This document shows, one piece after another, positions 28,201-39,017 of a stretch of 64,000 nt of DNA; the stretch's first letter is position 1, and every line of letters starts with the position of its first letter. This DNA is from Candidatus Moanibacter sp. (GTDB lineage Bacteria; Verrucomicrobiota; Verrucomicrobiia; Opitutales; UBA2987). Under the pieces are notes generated by a model, which had not been told where the DNA came from, did not search any database, and worked only from the letters and a program-made list of their open reading frames with translations. Both the position numbers and the translations under genes were made by a program. Where the stretch lies: contig CBDCEW010000079.1 in NCBI GenBank assembly GCA_965215885.1, positions 25,926-89,925 of the forward strand, given 5' to 3'.

Positions 28201-31200
28201 GGAAATCCAAACGGTTTTGGAACCAATTTGGAGTTGTCCGATCTGGATGGAACCAACGGCTTCGTTATAAGCGGAATCGACAAGTCCGATTCGTCAGGCC
28301 GTTCGGTAAGCAGTGCTGGGGATATAAACGGCGATGGTTTCGACGACCTGATCATCGGTGGTGTCCTTGCTGATAACGGCGACGACCAAAGCGTGGGGGA
28401 AAGTTACGTCGTCTTTGGAAAAGCTGGCGGCTTCGGCGCCAACCTGGAGTTGTCCAGTCTGGATGGGAGCAATGGCTTTGTTATGATTGGAATCGACGCC
28501 TTTGATCATTCAGGGACTTCGGTCAGCAGCGCGGGAGACGTGAACGGTGATGGGTTTGACGACCTGATCATTGGCAGTGTCGGGGCCAATCCCAACGGCA
28601 ACTTTGATGCCGGGGAAAGCTACGTGGTTTTTGGGAAAGCGAGCGGCTTTGCGGCCAGACTGGAGTTGTCAAGTCTGGGTGCGCCCAACGGCTTCGTTAT
28701 TAACGGCATTGATGCGGATGATGATTCAGGTTATTCCGTGAGCGGTGCCGGCGATGTGAACGGCGATGGATTTGACGATCTGATTATCGGTGCTAAGAGT
28801 GCCGACCCTGGCGGCATAAACAGCGGTGATGGAGAAAGCTACGTAGTATTCGGGAAAGCGGGCAGCTTTGGCGCGAGCCTGGAGTTGTCAAGCTTGGATG
28901 GGACCAACGGCTTCGTCATTAATGGAATCAACGCCTTTGACCGTTCAGGGGCTTCAGTCAGCAGCGCAGGAGACGTAAACGGCGATGGCTTCGACGACCT
29001 CATCATAGGGGCCTCTCGTGCCGATCCCAATGGCAATAGTAGCGCTGGGGAAAGCTATGTCATCTTTGGCGGGAATTTCACGGGAGGAGCCGAAACCCTG
29101 GTGGGCGACGAAGCCGATAATCTACTCGCAGGTTCAGTTGGTGGCGATGTCCTGATCGGAGCGCAAGGTGACGATACTTTGGCAGGAGGTGGCGGAGCTG
29201 ACGTGCTTCGGGGAGGAGCAGGGAATGACACTCTCGCGGTTTCGGACACAGATTTCCGGAGATTGGTGGGCGGAAACGGTTTGGATACTCTACGCGTGGA
29301 CGGGAGTGACATCGAGTTAGACCTGACCGGAGATTTGAGAAACCGACTCACGGGGATCGAATTGATCGACTTGAAAGGGGCGGGATCGAATAGCCTGATC
29401 ATCGACAAGGCCTCGGTGCTTAATCTCTCCAGAGAATCGAACATGCTAACGGTTCTCGCGACCGCGGACGACTCGATTGAAATCGGGGTGGGATGGACGT
29501 TCGACGGGCTGCACTCGATGGGAGGCATCCTTTTCAGCTCATATATTCAAGGCGCAGCCAAAGTAATGATCGGAGGACGCGTGCATGTCGCTGACCTGGC
29601 GGTAGGCGACGGAAGCGTCGGTTCACTGGCCACCGCAATTTCAGGGGGAGACTTTTTCGCATATGCAGTCAGCGCCGCTGGTGATGTGAACGGGGACGGA
29701 TTCGACGACCTTATCATCGGTGCACCAAACGCCGACCCCGGAAGTGCGCCCGAGGCAGGAGTCACATACGTAGTGTTCGGAAGACCTGACGGTTTTGGCA
29801 CGAACATGGACATTTCAACCTTGGGTGGTAGCAATGGTTTTGCTATCCATGGAATCGATGCCTACGATATATCCGGACTCTCTGTAAGTGGTGCGGGAGA
29901 TGTGAACGGGGATGGCTTTGACGACATTATAATTGGTGCACCTCAGGCCGACTTCGAATCTAACTCACTTGCTGGAGAATGTTACGTTGTGTTTGGAAAA
30001 GCGGACGGATTTCAAGCAACTTTTCAACTGTCCGATCTGGACGGTAGCAGCGGCTTTATCATAGACGATCTAGGAGGTATTGGCGGCCAATTGTTAGGCT
30101 GGTCTGTAAGCGGTGCCGGAGACTTGAACGGTGACGGATTTGACGACGTTATAGTCGGCTCTCTGTTCTCCAGCGACAGGAAAACTCAGATAGTCTTCGG
30201 TAAAGAAGGAGGATTCGACGCAAACATCCAATTGACGAGTCTCGACGGTGACAATGGCTTCGTTATCGATGGCACGCTCCCAACCCACGGCAGGGCTTCT
30301 TCCGTTAGCGACGCCGGTGATGTGAATGGAGACGGGTTTGATGATCTGATAATCGGTGCACCATTCTCCGAACCAACAGGAATCGATGGAGTGGGAAGCA
30401 GCTTCGTGGTGCTCGGGCATGGGAGCGAATTTGGAGCGGATTTGCTGCTGCATCAACTCGACGGCAATAACGGGTTTGTGTTGAACGGAATTTTCGAGAA
30501 CAATCATTCTGGAGGCGCCGTGAGTAGTGCAGGCGATGTAAATGGAGACGGAATTAGCGATCTAATAATCTCAGCGACCTCGGCGGACCCGGGTGGCAGA
30601 GATAAAGCCGGGGAAACTTACGTCGTTTTCGGAAGGAGAGAAGGATTTGAGGCCAGTTTCGAACTGGCGAGTCTAGATGGAAATAACGGCTTCGTGCTCA
30701 ACGGAGTCGAGGCAGGAGACCTGTCTGGGACATCTGTCGCGGATGCTGGGGATGTGAACGGAGACGGGATTGACGATATCATTATCGGAACCTTTACAGC
30801 GAGTCCGATTGGCAACAACAGAGAGGAGGAAAGTTACGTTGTCTTCGGTAACGCCGACGGGTTTGGTGCAAGCTTCGAACTGGCCGACCTGAACGGAACA
30901 AACGGCTTCGTTATCAAGGGTATCAACACTGGAGATCGGTTCGGACGCGCAGTCAGCGGTGCGGGAGATGTGAACGGGGACGGATTCGACGATCTGATTA
31001 TCGGAGCTGAAGCGGTAAAGATAGGAGGTGAAGATTTCGGCGGCCAGGCATATTTGATCTACGGAGGGAACCTGACCGGTGTCTTACTGACGGCGACCGT
31101 CCTCACGATCGGACTCAATGCGGGCGGGCAGTTCGAGATGCAATTTGTTGGTGTATCGGGAGTTGAGTATGTCGTGGAGAATTCGATTGATCTTATTACA

Positions 31201-31314
31201 TGGACCCCAGTTACAACCATCATCGCTACCGCCAACTCGAGGTATGTAGTGGATGTCGGCGCCGTCGGTGAGACTCGCCGATTCTATCGCGTGCGGTCGT
31301 TGAATGGAGAGTAG
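25294..31314 (+). CDS. Giant FG-GAP repeat protein: three 7-blade propellers separated by RTX-like Ca-binding linkers, with a Verrucomicrobia-type C-terminal domain
   Basis: 2006 aa; 21 GDxNGDGxxD repeats in three blocks of 7; GGxGxDxL nonapeptides; C-terminal YVVENSIDLITW...RRFYRVR. Confidence 0.9.
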   Translation: MPPPNRRYREGFTQFRKYNRRFEKLKSRLERKLAAGTFYRLPPGTRRYLIRRYHALKAKLERLRVLLLKLGGIAALSLAFAASQTYANAPNPLELSSLDGSNGFVINGIDSFDESGRSVSSGGDVNGDGFDDLIVGAYRADPGAISGAGESYVIFGRAGGFAASLGLSSLNGSNGFVSNGVASINYSGRSLSSAGDVNGDGFDDLVIGAIFAGPGYSRAGESYVVFGQAGGLGTSLELSSLDGNNGFVIRGIDVDDFSGSSVSSARDVNGDGFDDLIIGARGADPGANSRAGESYVVFGQADGFGANLELSSLDGSNGFVIRGIDVDDYSAYSVSSAGDINGDGFDDLIIGAWGADPGGKIRAGESYVVFGKEGGFEASLGLSSIDGSNGFVINGIDFSDFSGFSVSCAGDVNADGFDDLIIGAWQANPGGNIDAGESYVVFGKAGGFGASLELSSLDGSNGFVINGIEHNDYSGHSVSSAGDMNGDGFDDVIIGAFGAEPGGVFREGESYVLFGKAGGFGPNLELSSIDGSNGFVINGIDWDDLSGFSVSCAGDVNGDGFDDVIIGAFGADPGGNDLAGESYVIFGGNFTGGAETQVGDETDNTLTGTASDDVLIGAQGSDTLVGAGGADVLRGGEGDDVLAISDLNFRRIVGGNGMDTLRLDGSGITLDLTTIADNRITGVELIDIRGSSPNTMILDQQEVLNLSNESNTLMVLASADDTVNIGSGWTLDGLLSVGGTLFSVYRQGAATLMVAGKLQLSDLLTGDGRVGFVISGINIYDGSGDSVSSAGDVNGDGFDDLIVGAPFANSATGESYVVFGNATGFGANLELSSLNGSNGFTITGIDSYDQSGRSVSGTGDLNGDGFDDLIIGAYAAEPGNNNTRPGESYVLFGKANGFSTNLALSSLNGSNGLVINGVDSGDNSGRSVSNAGDINGDGFDDFIIGAPFAGPSYGDPDGNVRSGESYVVFGNPNGFGTNLELSDLDGTNGFVISGIDKSDSSGRSVSSAGDINGDGFDDLIIGGVLADNGDDQSVGESYVVFGKAGGFGANLELSSLDGSNGFVMIGIDAFDHSGTSVSSAGDVNGDGFDDLIIGSVGANPNGNFDAGESYVVFGKASGFAARLELSSLGAPNGFVINGIDADDDSGYSVSGAGDVNGDGFDDLIIGAKSADPGGINSGDGESYVVFGKAGSFGASLELSSLDGTNGFVINGINAFDRSGASVSSAGDVNGDGFDDLIIGASRADPNGNSSAGESYVIFGGNFTGGAETLVGDEADNLLAGSVGGDVLIGAQGDDTLAGGGGADVLRGGAGNDTLAVSDTDFRRLVGGNGLDTLRVDGSDIELDLTGDLRNRLTGIELIDLKGAGSNSLIIDKASVLNLSRESNMLTVLATADDSIEIGVGWTFDGLHSMGGILFSSYIQGAAKVMIGGRVHVADLAVGDGSVGSLATAISGGDFFAYAVSAAGDVNGDGFDDLIIGAPNADPGSAPEAGVTYVVFGRPDGFGTNMDISTLGGSNGFAIHGIDAYDISGLSVSGAGDVNGDGFDDIIIGAPQADFESNSLAGECYVVFGKADGFQATFQLSDLDGSSGFIIDDLGGIGGQLLGWSVSGAGDLNGDGFDDVIVGSLFSSDRKTQIVFGKEGGFDANIQLTSLDGDNGFVIDGTLPTHGRASSVSDAGDVNGDGFDDLIIGAPFSEPTGIDGVGSSFVVLGHGSEFGADLLLHQLDGNNGFVLNGIFENNHSGGAVSSAGDVNGDGISDLIISATSADPGGRDKAGETYVVFGRREGFEASFELASLDGNNGFVLNGVEAGDLSGTSVADAGDVNGDGIDDIIIGTFTASPIGNNREEESYVVFGNADGFGASFELADLNGTNGFVIKGINTGDRFGRAVSGAGDVNGDGFDDLIIGAEAVKIGGEDFGGQAYLIYGGNLTGVLLTATVLTIGLNAGGQFEMQFVGVSGVEYVVENSIDLITWTPVTTIIATANSRYVVDVGAVGETRRFYRVRSLNGE

Positions 31315-31942
31315 CCACGGATCTCAGCCCAACCCCAAAGCCTGTTTTGTCGAATTGGTTCTGCACAGATGATTGTGTCAGGTCCGGATCAGGAGTTGAC
31401 ACCAAGTTTCGGGTGTCGAGTGTCACGACCAGACACATCTATCCGTCCCTCCCGTATCTCCGTCCTCCCGCCATACAGGGAGGGGTCTCCCTTAGCCCGC
31501 ATCCTTGCCTAACCACGGTTTTCCTGGAACAGCAGATTCACAATCAAAGGAGGGGAGGGGGGAAACGGAGACGCGGAGAGAAATTCCCAACGGTTCGACA
31601 GGCTCGCCGCAGGCAGGATTCGAGAAAACAACGGATCGATTCGGCTTGCAAAATTGAGTCAGGTTATACGTGTGGAAAGTGCAAGAAACTCTCACGCAAC
31701 GGTCTTCGATCCGCAAGCGGCACTACGCCCTGTCGAGAAGTCGCTAAGACGCAAAGGCGGGTGAGGAAACCCTGTTGTATTGCGCAACAGATCATTGTCG
31801 CTCATTCTCTCTGGATTCTTCATCTTTGTCTGAGTTTCTTTTCTTCCATCCGTTGTTTTCTCAAATCCGTTGGGCACACTCTCTCTGATTCGCGTCGATA
31901 CGCGTGATTCGTAGTTTCTCTTAAGACTAAAATCGATCGTTA

Positions 31943-33031
31943 ATGGAAGAGCCCAGCGAAAGAACCCCGCAGGAGGCGGAGCACAAATTTGAAGCCCTGG
32001 CGTCGCGCCAGTTCACTTCGTGGTTACTGGAGCAGCACCTGAGCCTGGCTTTCACGACCTATCAGACCGGCAAGCTGTTTCTCATCGGTCTGCAGCAGAA
32101 CGGTCGGCTCAGTATCTCCGAACGGACCTTCTCCCGCTGCATGGGGCTCTGCGCGGCGGACTCAAATACCCTCTACATGAGCAGTCTCTACCAGCTCTGG
32201 AGGTTCGAAAACGCCATTCCGGAGGGTGAGACAGCCAACGGATATGATCGACTCTATCTACCGCAAATGGCTTATACGACGGGTGATCTCGATGTCCATG
32301 ATATCGCAATGGATGGCAGGGGCGATCCGGTATTCGTCAATAGCCTTTTCTCATGTCTGGCTAGGCCCAGCGAGTCGCACAGCTTTGTTCCGATCTGGAA
32401 ACTGAATTTCATCAGCAAACTCGCCGCTGAAGATCGCTGCCACCTGAATGGCCTGGCGATGGAGGCCGGTAAACCCCGTTACGTTACTGCCGTATCCACG
32501 ACCGATGTAAACGAGGGTTGGCGGGAGCATCGCAAGAATGGCGGCGTAGTGATCGACGTGGAAAGCGACGCTATTGTGGCAGGGGGCCTCTCCATGCCGC
32601 ATTCTCCCCGTCTCCACCACGGGACGCTTTACCTGCTCAATTCAGGTGTGGGAGAATTCGGGAAAGTGGACCTGAAATCGGGAATATTCGAGCCGATTGC
32701 ATTTTGTCCCGGGTATGCGCGAGGACTTGCGATCGCTGGTAATTTCGCCCTCATCGGTCTTTCAAAGATACGGGACAACAAGACGTTCGCGGACCTCCCG
32801 CTAGGCGCCGCATTGGATGAAAAAGGCGTCGAGGCGCGCTGCGCGCTGCAGGTGGTCGACCTTCGTTCTGGCGATTTCGTCCATTCCCTGAATTTTGAGG
32901 GGATTGTGAAGGAGCTCTACGACGTCGTGGCATTGCCCGGGGTGATGCGGCCCACCGCTCTCGGGTTCAAAACAGATGCAATCCGCCGTACCATCACGAT
33001 CGGAGATTTTCGATCAATCGAACTGAACTAA
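31943..33031 (+). CDS. TIGR03032 (DUF4915) family protein
   Basis: SLAFTTYQTGKL, TGDLDVHD, EDRCHLNGLA, GLSMPHSPR and FCPGYARGL motifs. Confidence 0.9.
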   Translation: MEEPSERTPQEAEHKFEALASRQFTSWLLEQHLSLAFTTYQTGKLFLIGLQQNGRLSISERTFSRCMGLCAADSNTLYMSSLYQLWRFENAIPEGETANGYDRLYLPQMAYTTGDLDVHDIAMDGRGDPVFVNSLFSCLARPSESHSFVPIWKLNFISKLAAEDRCHLNGLAMEAGKPRYVTAVSTTDVNEGWREHRKNGGVVIDVESDAIVAGGLSMPHSPRLHHGTLYLLNSGVGEFGKVDLKSGIFEPIAFCPGYARGLAIAGNFALIGLSKIRDNKTFADLPLGAALDEKGVEARCALQVVDLRSGDFVHSLNFEGIVKELYDVVALPGVMRPTALGFKTDAIRRTITIGDFRSIELN

Positions 33032-34054
33032 CAATCACGCCCACTAACCAAAAGAGAGAAGGAGTATTCCCATCCCGGCGCGCCGGGACTCCGCAGTACC
33101 ACGGATGGGGAGAGGGAGAAGATAACTCCTACTTCCCCGGTAACCTTGCCTGCCTCGGCAAAGCGCAGCGACGACGGGTCGACCGCAATACTTTCAATAT
33201 CAGCCATTGCTACTCCAAAATTTGCTCAATAAACAAGAAACCAAATGATTGTAGCACGGATTGAAGGAAGGATCAGAAAGGGAAAGTTTTTTCAGAAGTG
33301 TTCAATGGAACCGAGATTTCTGCTGTCAGAAAAGTTCCACCCACTCATTCCCCATCCGTGGTACTGCGGAGCCATCCATGGGCATACTCTTCCTCTTCCC
33401 CCTTTGCGTCTTTGCGTCTTTGCGACAGGGCGTAGTGCCGCTTGCGGGTCGAAGACCGTTGCGTGAGAATTCTTTCCTCTTTCTCTCCGTTTCCCTCTCA
33501 CGCGCTGAGCCCCGTCGAAGGGGTTTCCTTCTGTCCAATTCTCTTCACGACTTAAGGACCTACCACTTGCTTGCTTGCCCGCTAAATACGCGAAAGAACG
33601 CGAAATTTAGGAAGGCAGGGATAATACTGGTTAATGCTGGGGTTTATCTGAAACTTGAATGCGAAAATTGCCACAAGGGCGGCACTTAATATCCATGCAA
33701 GCACTCTCAGTCATTCTCTTTGGATTCTTTTCAGTTGTATCGGTCACCTTTCCCCAATCCGCGTTGTTCTCGAATCCGCGGAGTCTTCCACTCAAATCTG
33801 CGTCCATTCGCGTTCATCTGCGGTTCCTCTCTTTCTCTCGATTTGGTTGCCCGTTCGAGAGCCTCAGGGCCCTGAGCTGGTCGCAGGGCGGCTACGTCGC
33901 GCTAGGCTTCTCTGCCGTCATCGGTGGCCCCTCTTTCGCGCGCTTTCGCGTCTTTAGCGGGCATCCCTCTCCCCCTTTGCGACTTTGCGTGAGAATTATT
34001 TCCTCTTTCTCTCTTCTGCCCTGAGCAAGGTCGAAGGGGTTTCCCTCTGTTTCC

Positions 34055-35557
34055 CTATGCCTCGATCTGCGGCCTTTCCGGATCCGGCCAGTCGACGTGA
34101 AAGAATCTTCCTCTCGGCTGATCGACGCGTTCGTAGGTGTGGGCGCCGAAGTAATCGCGTTGGGACTGCAGAAGATTCTGCGGCAGCCGGGCGGTCCGGT
34201 AGCCATCGAAATAGGCCAGGGCCGATGAGAAGGTAGGCGTTGGGATTCCGTGTTCAGCGGCCGTGGCCACTACTCTTCTCCATTTAACCTGAGCCTTTCC
34301 AATGGCGTCGGTGAAGTAGGGATCGAGCAGCAGGTTGGCCAGATCCGGATTTCGTGCGTAGGCTTCGGTGATCTTTTGCAAAAATGCGGCGCGAATAATG
34401 CAGCCCCCACGCCAGATCTGCGCGATCTCGCCAAAATACAGCTCCCAATCGTACTCTTTCTGGGCCTCTCGCATGAGTTGAAAACCCTGTGCGTAAGAGC
34501 AGATTTTCGAGCAGTAGAGTGCGTCGTGGATCGCGGCGATAAACTCTTCCTTGTTCCCGGAGAAACTCCCGGAAGGGCCTTCCAGAATTCTACTCGCCGC
34601 GACCCGTTCCTCTTTGATTGCGCTCATGCATCGCGCGAATACGGCTTCCGCAATGGTTGGGGCGCAAATTCCCATGTCCAGGGCGCTTGCACTGGTCCAC
34701 TTTCCGGTTCCCTTCTGCCCCGCCGTATCAAGCACGATATCGACAAACGGCTGGCCCGTCGAAGGATCGCTCTGCTGAAGGATGTCCGCCGTAATGTGGA
34801 TGAGAAATGAATCGAGCACCCCCTCGTTCCACGTGGAAAAGACTTTGCCCGCTTCGCCCGCCGTCATTTCGAGCATGTGCCGCATCAGGTCGTAGGCTTC
34901 GCAGATCATCTGCATATCACCGTACTCAATCCCGTTGTGAATCATCTTCACATAATGCCCGGCTCCATTCTCGCCGATATAGGTCGAGCAGGGCACCCCA
35001 CCGACGACCGGCTTTCCCGGCGCCGCGTCCTCCAGCGGCCGCCCCGTATTCTCATCCACTTTGGCGGCTATCGCATTCCAGATCGGTTCCAACTCCTTCC
35101 ATGCCTCGAACTGGCCGCCGGGCATCACGGCCGGTCCGTATCGCGCTCCCTCTTCGCCTCCGGAAACACCCGATCCGATGAATCGCAACCCCTTCTCGCG
35201 AAGTTCCCGTTCTCTTCGAATCGTGTCCGTCCACTTGGAATTGCCGCCGTCGATGATAATATCGTCCTGGTCGAGTATGGGTACGAGCCCTTCGATCACT
35301 GCATCAGTCGGGTCTCCCGCTTTTACCAGGATGATGATCTTACGCGGCTTCGAAATCGACCGCACAAACCCCTCGAGCGTGGCCTGGCCAACGAGGCCGC
35401 CCGGCGTATCCGGATGGCGAACGACGAATTCCTCCATCGTCGCAGTCGTGCGATTGTAGACGGAAATTTGAAACCCGTGATCGGCGATGTTGAGGGCGAG
35501 GTTCTGGCCCATGACGGCAAGACCGATGAGCCCGATATCTGAATGTTCCTTTTCCAT
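34055..35557 (-). CDS. gndA: 6-phosphogluconate dehydrogenase, NADP-dependent, decarboxylating
   Basis: [58 protein letters not shown]. Confidence 0.97.
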   Translation of the reverse strand: MEKEHSDIGLIGLAVMGQNLALNIADHGFQISVYNRTTATMEEFVVRHPDTPGGLVGQATLEGFVRSISKPRKIIILVKAGDPTDAVIEGLVPILDQDDIIIDGGNSKWTDTIRRERELREKGLRFIGSGVSGGEEGARYGPAVMPGGQFEAWKELEPIWNAIAAKVDENTGRPLEDAAPGKPVVGGVPCSTYIGENGAGHYVKMIHNGIEYGDMQMICEAYDLMRHMLEMTAGEAGKVFSTWNEGVLDSFLIHITADILQQSDPSTGQPFVDIVLDTAGQKGTGKWTSASALDMGICAPTIAEAVFARCMSAIKEERVAASRILEGPSGSFSGNKEEFIAAIHDALYCSKICSYAQGFQLMREAQKEYDWELYFGEIAQIWRGGCIIRAAFLQKITEAYARNPDLANLLLDPYFTDAIGKAQVKWRRVVATAAEHGIPTPTFSSALAYFDGYRTARLPQNLLQSQRDYFGAHTYERVDQPRGRFFHVDWPDPERPQIEA

Positions 35558-35937
35558 AAGATCTGCGAATAATAAGCGCCCCTCCCATCTTAGGAAGGAA
35601 AAACGTGACCGCTCGTCTCGGGGCCGGTCGCTGCGAATGGGACGAAATGCTCCCGCTTTCCGCTACGCAGACCACGGCCAGTCAAGAAGACGGAAAGTCG
35701 AAAACTCTGGGGCGAGAATTAAGGTCAGGAAATCTATTCGCCGTAACACGGGGAGGTATGGCAACGGATTAAAGGACAGCAACCGATGAGCTGTGGTCAA
35801 AGCTTGAGAAACTAAAGAATCAAATTCCCACTTTTTCGAAGTGTTGGGAATCTCCCGTATTGCCGTCCGCCTGGATCAGGACGGAATACCGATTAACCGG
35901 ACTGGAGGTGAATGATACACAACACTGCGACTAACTA

Positions 35938-36543
35938 GACCCCATTCGAAAAGCCTTTCGAGCGGGCGGTTTAAGGTTCTCCGCCACGGGCGGACCAGCC
36001 TATGGCTGGCAGGTTTCGGGTTTTAGGCTGCCGGCGCTGCCGATGAGCAGGTATTGAGCGGCCATCGGCGTGGCTTGCTGCACAATACGTATATTTGCCG
36101 CTGTCTGGAGGCATACTCATCCCGTGGTGCTTTTTTCTCTGAGCTTCAAAGCGGTCAGATTCAGGCTGCCTGTTCCAGTTCCTCCCCTCGGCGTTTCTTC
36201 ATCAGTATGATGCGGCAGAAGTTGTAGGCCAGAACCTTCTCGAGCAGTTCATCGCCTACCGCATCGATGCCGCGGCGGCCGAGTTCGCCAAAGGCAAATC
36301 CCATCATTTAATCGCCTTCGGGTCCAGCTTTAATCGCCCTTCGGGTCACGCGCATTATCCTTCTTCCCCGAAGCAATTGCTTCGTCCAGAAAATCACGGA
36401 AATCCGTGTCTGGAATCGGCAGAATCATGCTAAAAGTCAGGCTAATATCAAATGCCTCGGGGCTTGCCCCGAGGATCTTTCTTCGTACATGTTGCAAACA
36501 ATGTTGATTTTTCTCAATGAGAACTTAATCTTCAGATAAGGTC
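35938..36543 (-). mobile_element. Collapsed or internally deleted copy of the IS at 11896-13812
   Basis: 35938-36300 matches 11896-12258; then colinear shards (tccagaaaatcacggaaatccgtgtctggaa, tgatttttctcaa) and terminal gataaggtc. Confidence 0.85.
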
Positions 36544-36826
36544 TAGTTAACTCGCTTGTCGAAGTGTTTCTAGCGGACCTACGCTCTTCAGACAAATCGA
36601 GCTATGTCGTCTCTCTCCAGCCAAAGTTTGAGCTACGACTACTCAGTGCGAAAAGACCGACTGTAGGAAGGGCGTCAGCTCTCTTAATTGCTTTCATCCG
36701 CTGCTTCAATTAGAACTCCTGGACGGATCCAGTCTGAGATCGCTATGCTCACTTCTCCTGAGATTTCGCTTCTGCTTTATCATCTGTTTGGACATATTCA
36801 TTACCGAAATCTAAACCGCTGACTCT

Positions 36827-39017
36827 TTGGACCAACAGAGAAAATCCCGTTTATTACCACATTGGCTGCTTTTATTCCTGGTGCCGCAGTTGGCTTTTCC
36901 TGATGATTCGGAAGAGTTTTTCTTGCGCCTTTTGCGCCTCTTTGCGGCAGCTTTTCGCTTCCTTTATCATCTGTTTGGACATATTCATTACCGAAATCTA
37001 AACCGCTGACTCTTTGGACCAACAGAGAAAATCCCGTCTGACCTTCCCTTATTTCTTATTTCTGGCTGAGGAGCAACAGACGGCGCGGGACTCCAATCAA
37101 TTGGCCGTTTCGGTACTAGACGAAGAGGAAATACGCAGGGCAGGTTTCGGTTCCCTTGAGAGCCTGTCCGCTGAAGTGCCAAACTTCAATGTCTCGAGCA
37201 ATTCTCTCCGGTCCTTTGGTGATATATTCACCATTCGTGGGTTGAGCAATACGGCATTCTTCAGCGAACCGGCGTTAGCCCTTTATGTCGATGGCGTACC
37301 GATGGGAGATTCATATACCTATGCGATCCAATTGATGGATATTGAAGAGATTGCAATTCATAGGGGGCCTCAGGGGACGCGCTATGGGAGGAATAGTGAA
37401 GGAGGAGTGATTGATATCCGCACGAAGGGTCCGGATGATCAATATCGCGCGAGTGCATCTTTTAAGGTTGGGAGTTTCGACCGAAAGATGTTTCAACTCG
37501 CGGTGTCGGGACCAATAGTAGAGAAGAAGCTCTACTTTAGGTTGGCAGGATTGTATGAGGAACGTGGGGGATACGTTAACAACCGGCTTCTTGACAGACA
37601 TACCGATACCCACGAAGCGTGGGGAGGCCACTTCAAAATTGGATGGAACCCCAACCGAGATTGGAGAATCGACTTCGGCTTCAATCTCGACCGTTTCGAT
37701 GATGGATCCCAGCGAGTCACTTCTTTGGATAGTGATCCGTTTGAAGTCAGTTCAGACTTTGAGGGATTGACCCGTATTCGCCGTGACGGGGAACACGTTC
37801 GTCTGGTTCGCACATTTGACTGGGGGACATTCGCTTCGATGAGTTCTCGGCAATTCTGGAAACTTGAGCCTAACGAACTCGATTTGGACCTATCCCCGGT
37901 TCCCGGATTCACTTCCACTATCAATCAGTGCCAGGAGCAGTGGTCGCAGGAGTTTCGATTGGAGTCGTCCATGGAGAGCAGAAGCCCATGGATGTGGAAG
38001 GCAGGACTTTTCTTATCTACCAGCGAAACGTTGGGAAATTCCCTCCGGACATTTTTCACTCCACCGATTCCCTTTCCATTATTTGTCAGTCAGCTAACGA
38101 TTTTTCGGTACGAACAAAAGAATATCGCACTGTTTGGAAATCTGACTCGCTCTTTAAGTGAGAAACTCGACCTATCCGTCGGATTTCGTTTAAACGCCTC
38201 CCATAAGAAGATCGAGCGGGTGAAGACGGATTCATTCGCGCCACCGCGAATAGTAACCGGCGACAGAGATTTCACGGATTTAGCGCCCTCCATCGAGCTT
38301 ACTTACCGGGCAAACAACAACCTGAGTATCTTCGCTTCAAGCGCGATCGGTTTCAAACCCGGTGGGTTTACCGCCTTTACCGATGACCCACTTGAGGCGA
38401 AGTATGAAACCGAAACCGTATGGAGCTCTCAAGCGAGTGTGAGATACTCAGCTCCCAACGGCTCTTTAACTCTCCAAGTCACGGGGTTTTGGAATGAAGT
38501 TGATGATTATCAGGTCGAGCGCTCCTTCACTTTTACCGATTACACGATCGTAAATGCCAAAGAGACACGATCTCGAGGGATTGAGATCGAGACCGAGCTT
38601 ACTCCTGTCGCTGGCTTCAACTTTACACTTGGTTTTGGCTATACGGACATTGTATTCAGAGATTATATCGATCCTTTTACTGGTGCCCGTTTTTCGGAAA
38701 ACAGAGCACCCTATTCTCCGGAGTACACTCTCAATTTCGGATTTCAGTATAAACATCCAGGGGGGTTTTTTACGCTTCTCAAAATTCAGTCCCTTGGCGA
38801 GACATTTTTCGATGAAACAGAGAGCGCACGGTTCAGGCAGAGCAGTTTTACGGTTGTTAACCTGGCAGTTGGCCTGAAACGCGAAAGATTCGAAGTATCG
38901 CTGTTTGGTCGCAACCTCACGGGTACGGTATACTATACCAACAAGATTACAGACATCAACGCGGGCGTTCCCGGCGAACCTCGCCTCTACGGCATTTCCG
39001 CAACTCTGAAGTATTAA
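36827..39017 (+). CDS. TonB-dependent outer-membrane receptor; 5' end scrambled by a ~76-bp duplication
   Basis: Plug motifs (IRGLS, LYVDGVP, HRGPQGTRYGRNSEGGVI), beta-barrel, FGRNLTG, terminal Tyr. Signal peptide is encoded at 36827-36915; main frame is 37014-39017. Confidence 0.88.

Noticed and set aside
21600..31100. Regular ~190-bp DNA repeats as a possible CRISPR array
   Set aside because: They are in-frame FG-GAP coding repeats; there are no unique spacers or cas genes
21340..31314. Diversity-generating retroelement behind the blade variation
   Set aside because: No reverse transcriptase or non-coding template repeat in the window, and I saw no adenine-restricted pattern
18141..31314. 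Type I secretion of the RTX-motif protein by the nearby ABC exporter
   Set aside because: No membrane-fusion protein or TolC in the window; the proteins have N-terminal signal peptides and the RTX-like motifs are internal
31347..34050. Multiple 70-190-aa ORFs around the TIGR03032 gene
   Set aside because: They translate mosaics of short intergenic repeats
34250..35789. Long antisense ORFs over gndA (similar ones over pyk, the transposases and the pilin genes)
   Set aside because: Shadow frames of real genes caused by codon bias
35932..36549. Target-site duplication for the collapsed IS copy
   Set aside because: The flanks taacta / tagtta are inverted rather than direct, and the region is probably mis-assembled
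36545..36826. TPP or cobalamin riboswitch before the TonB receptor
   Set aside because: Only isolated ctgaga matches; the other conserved elements are absent
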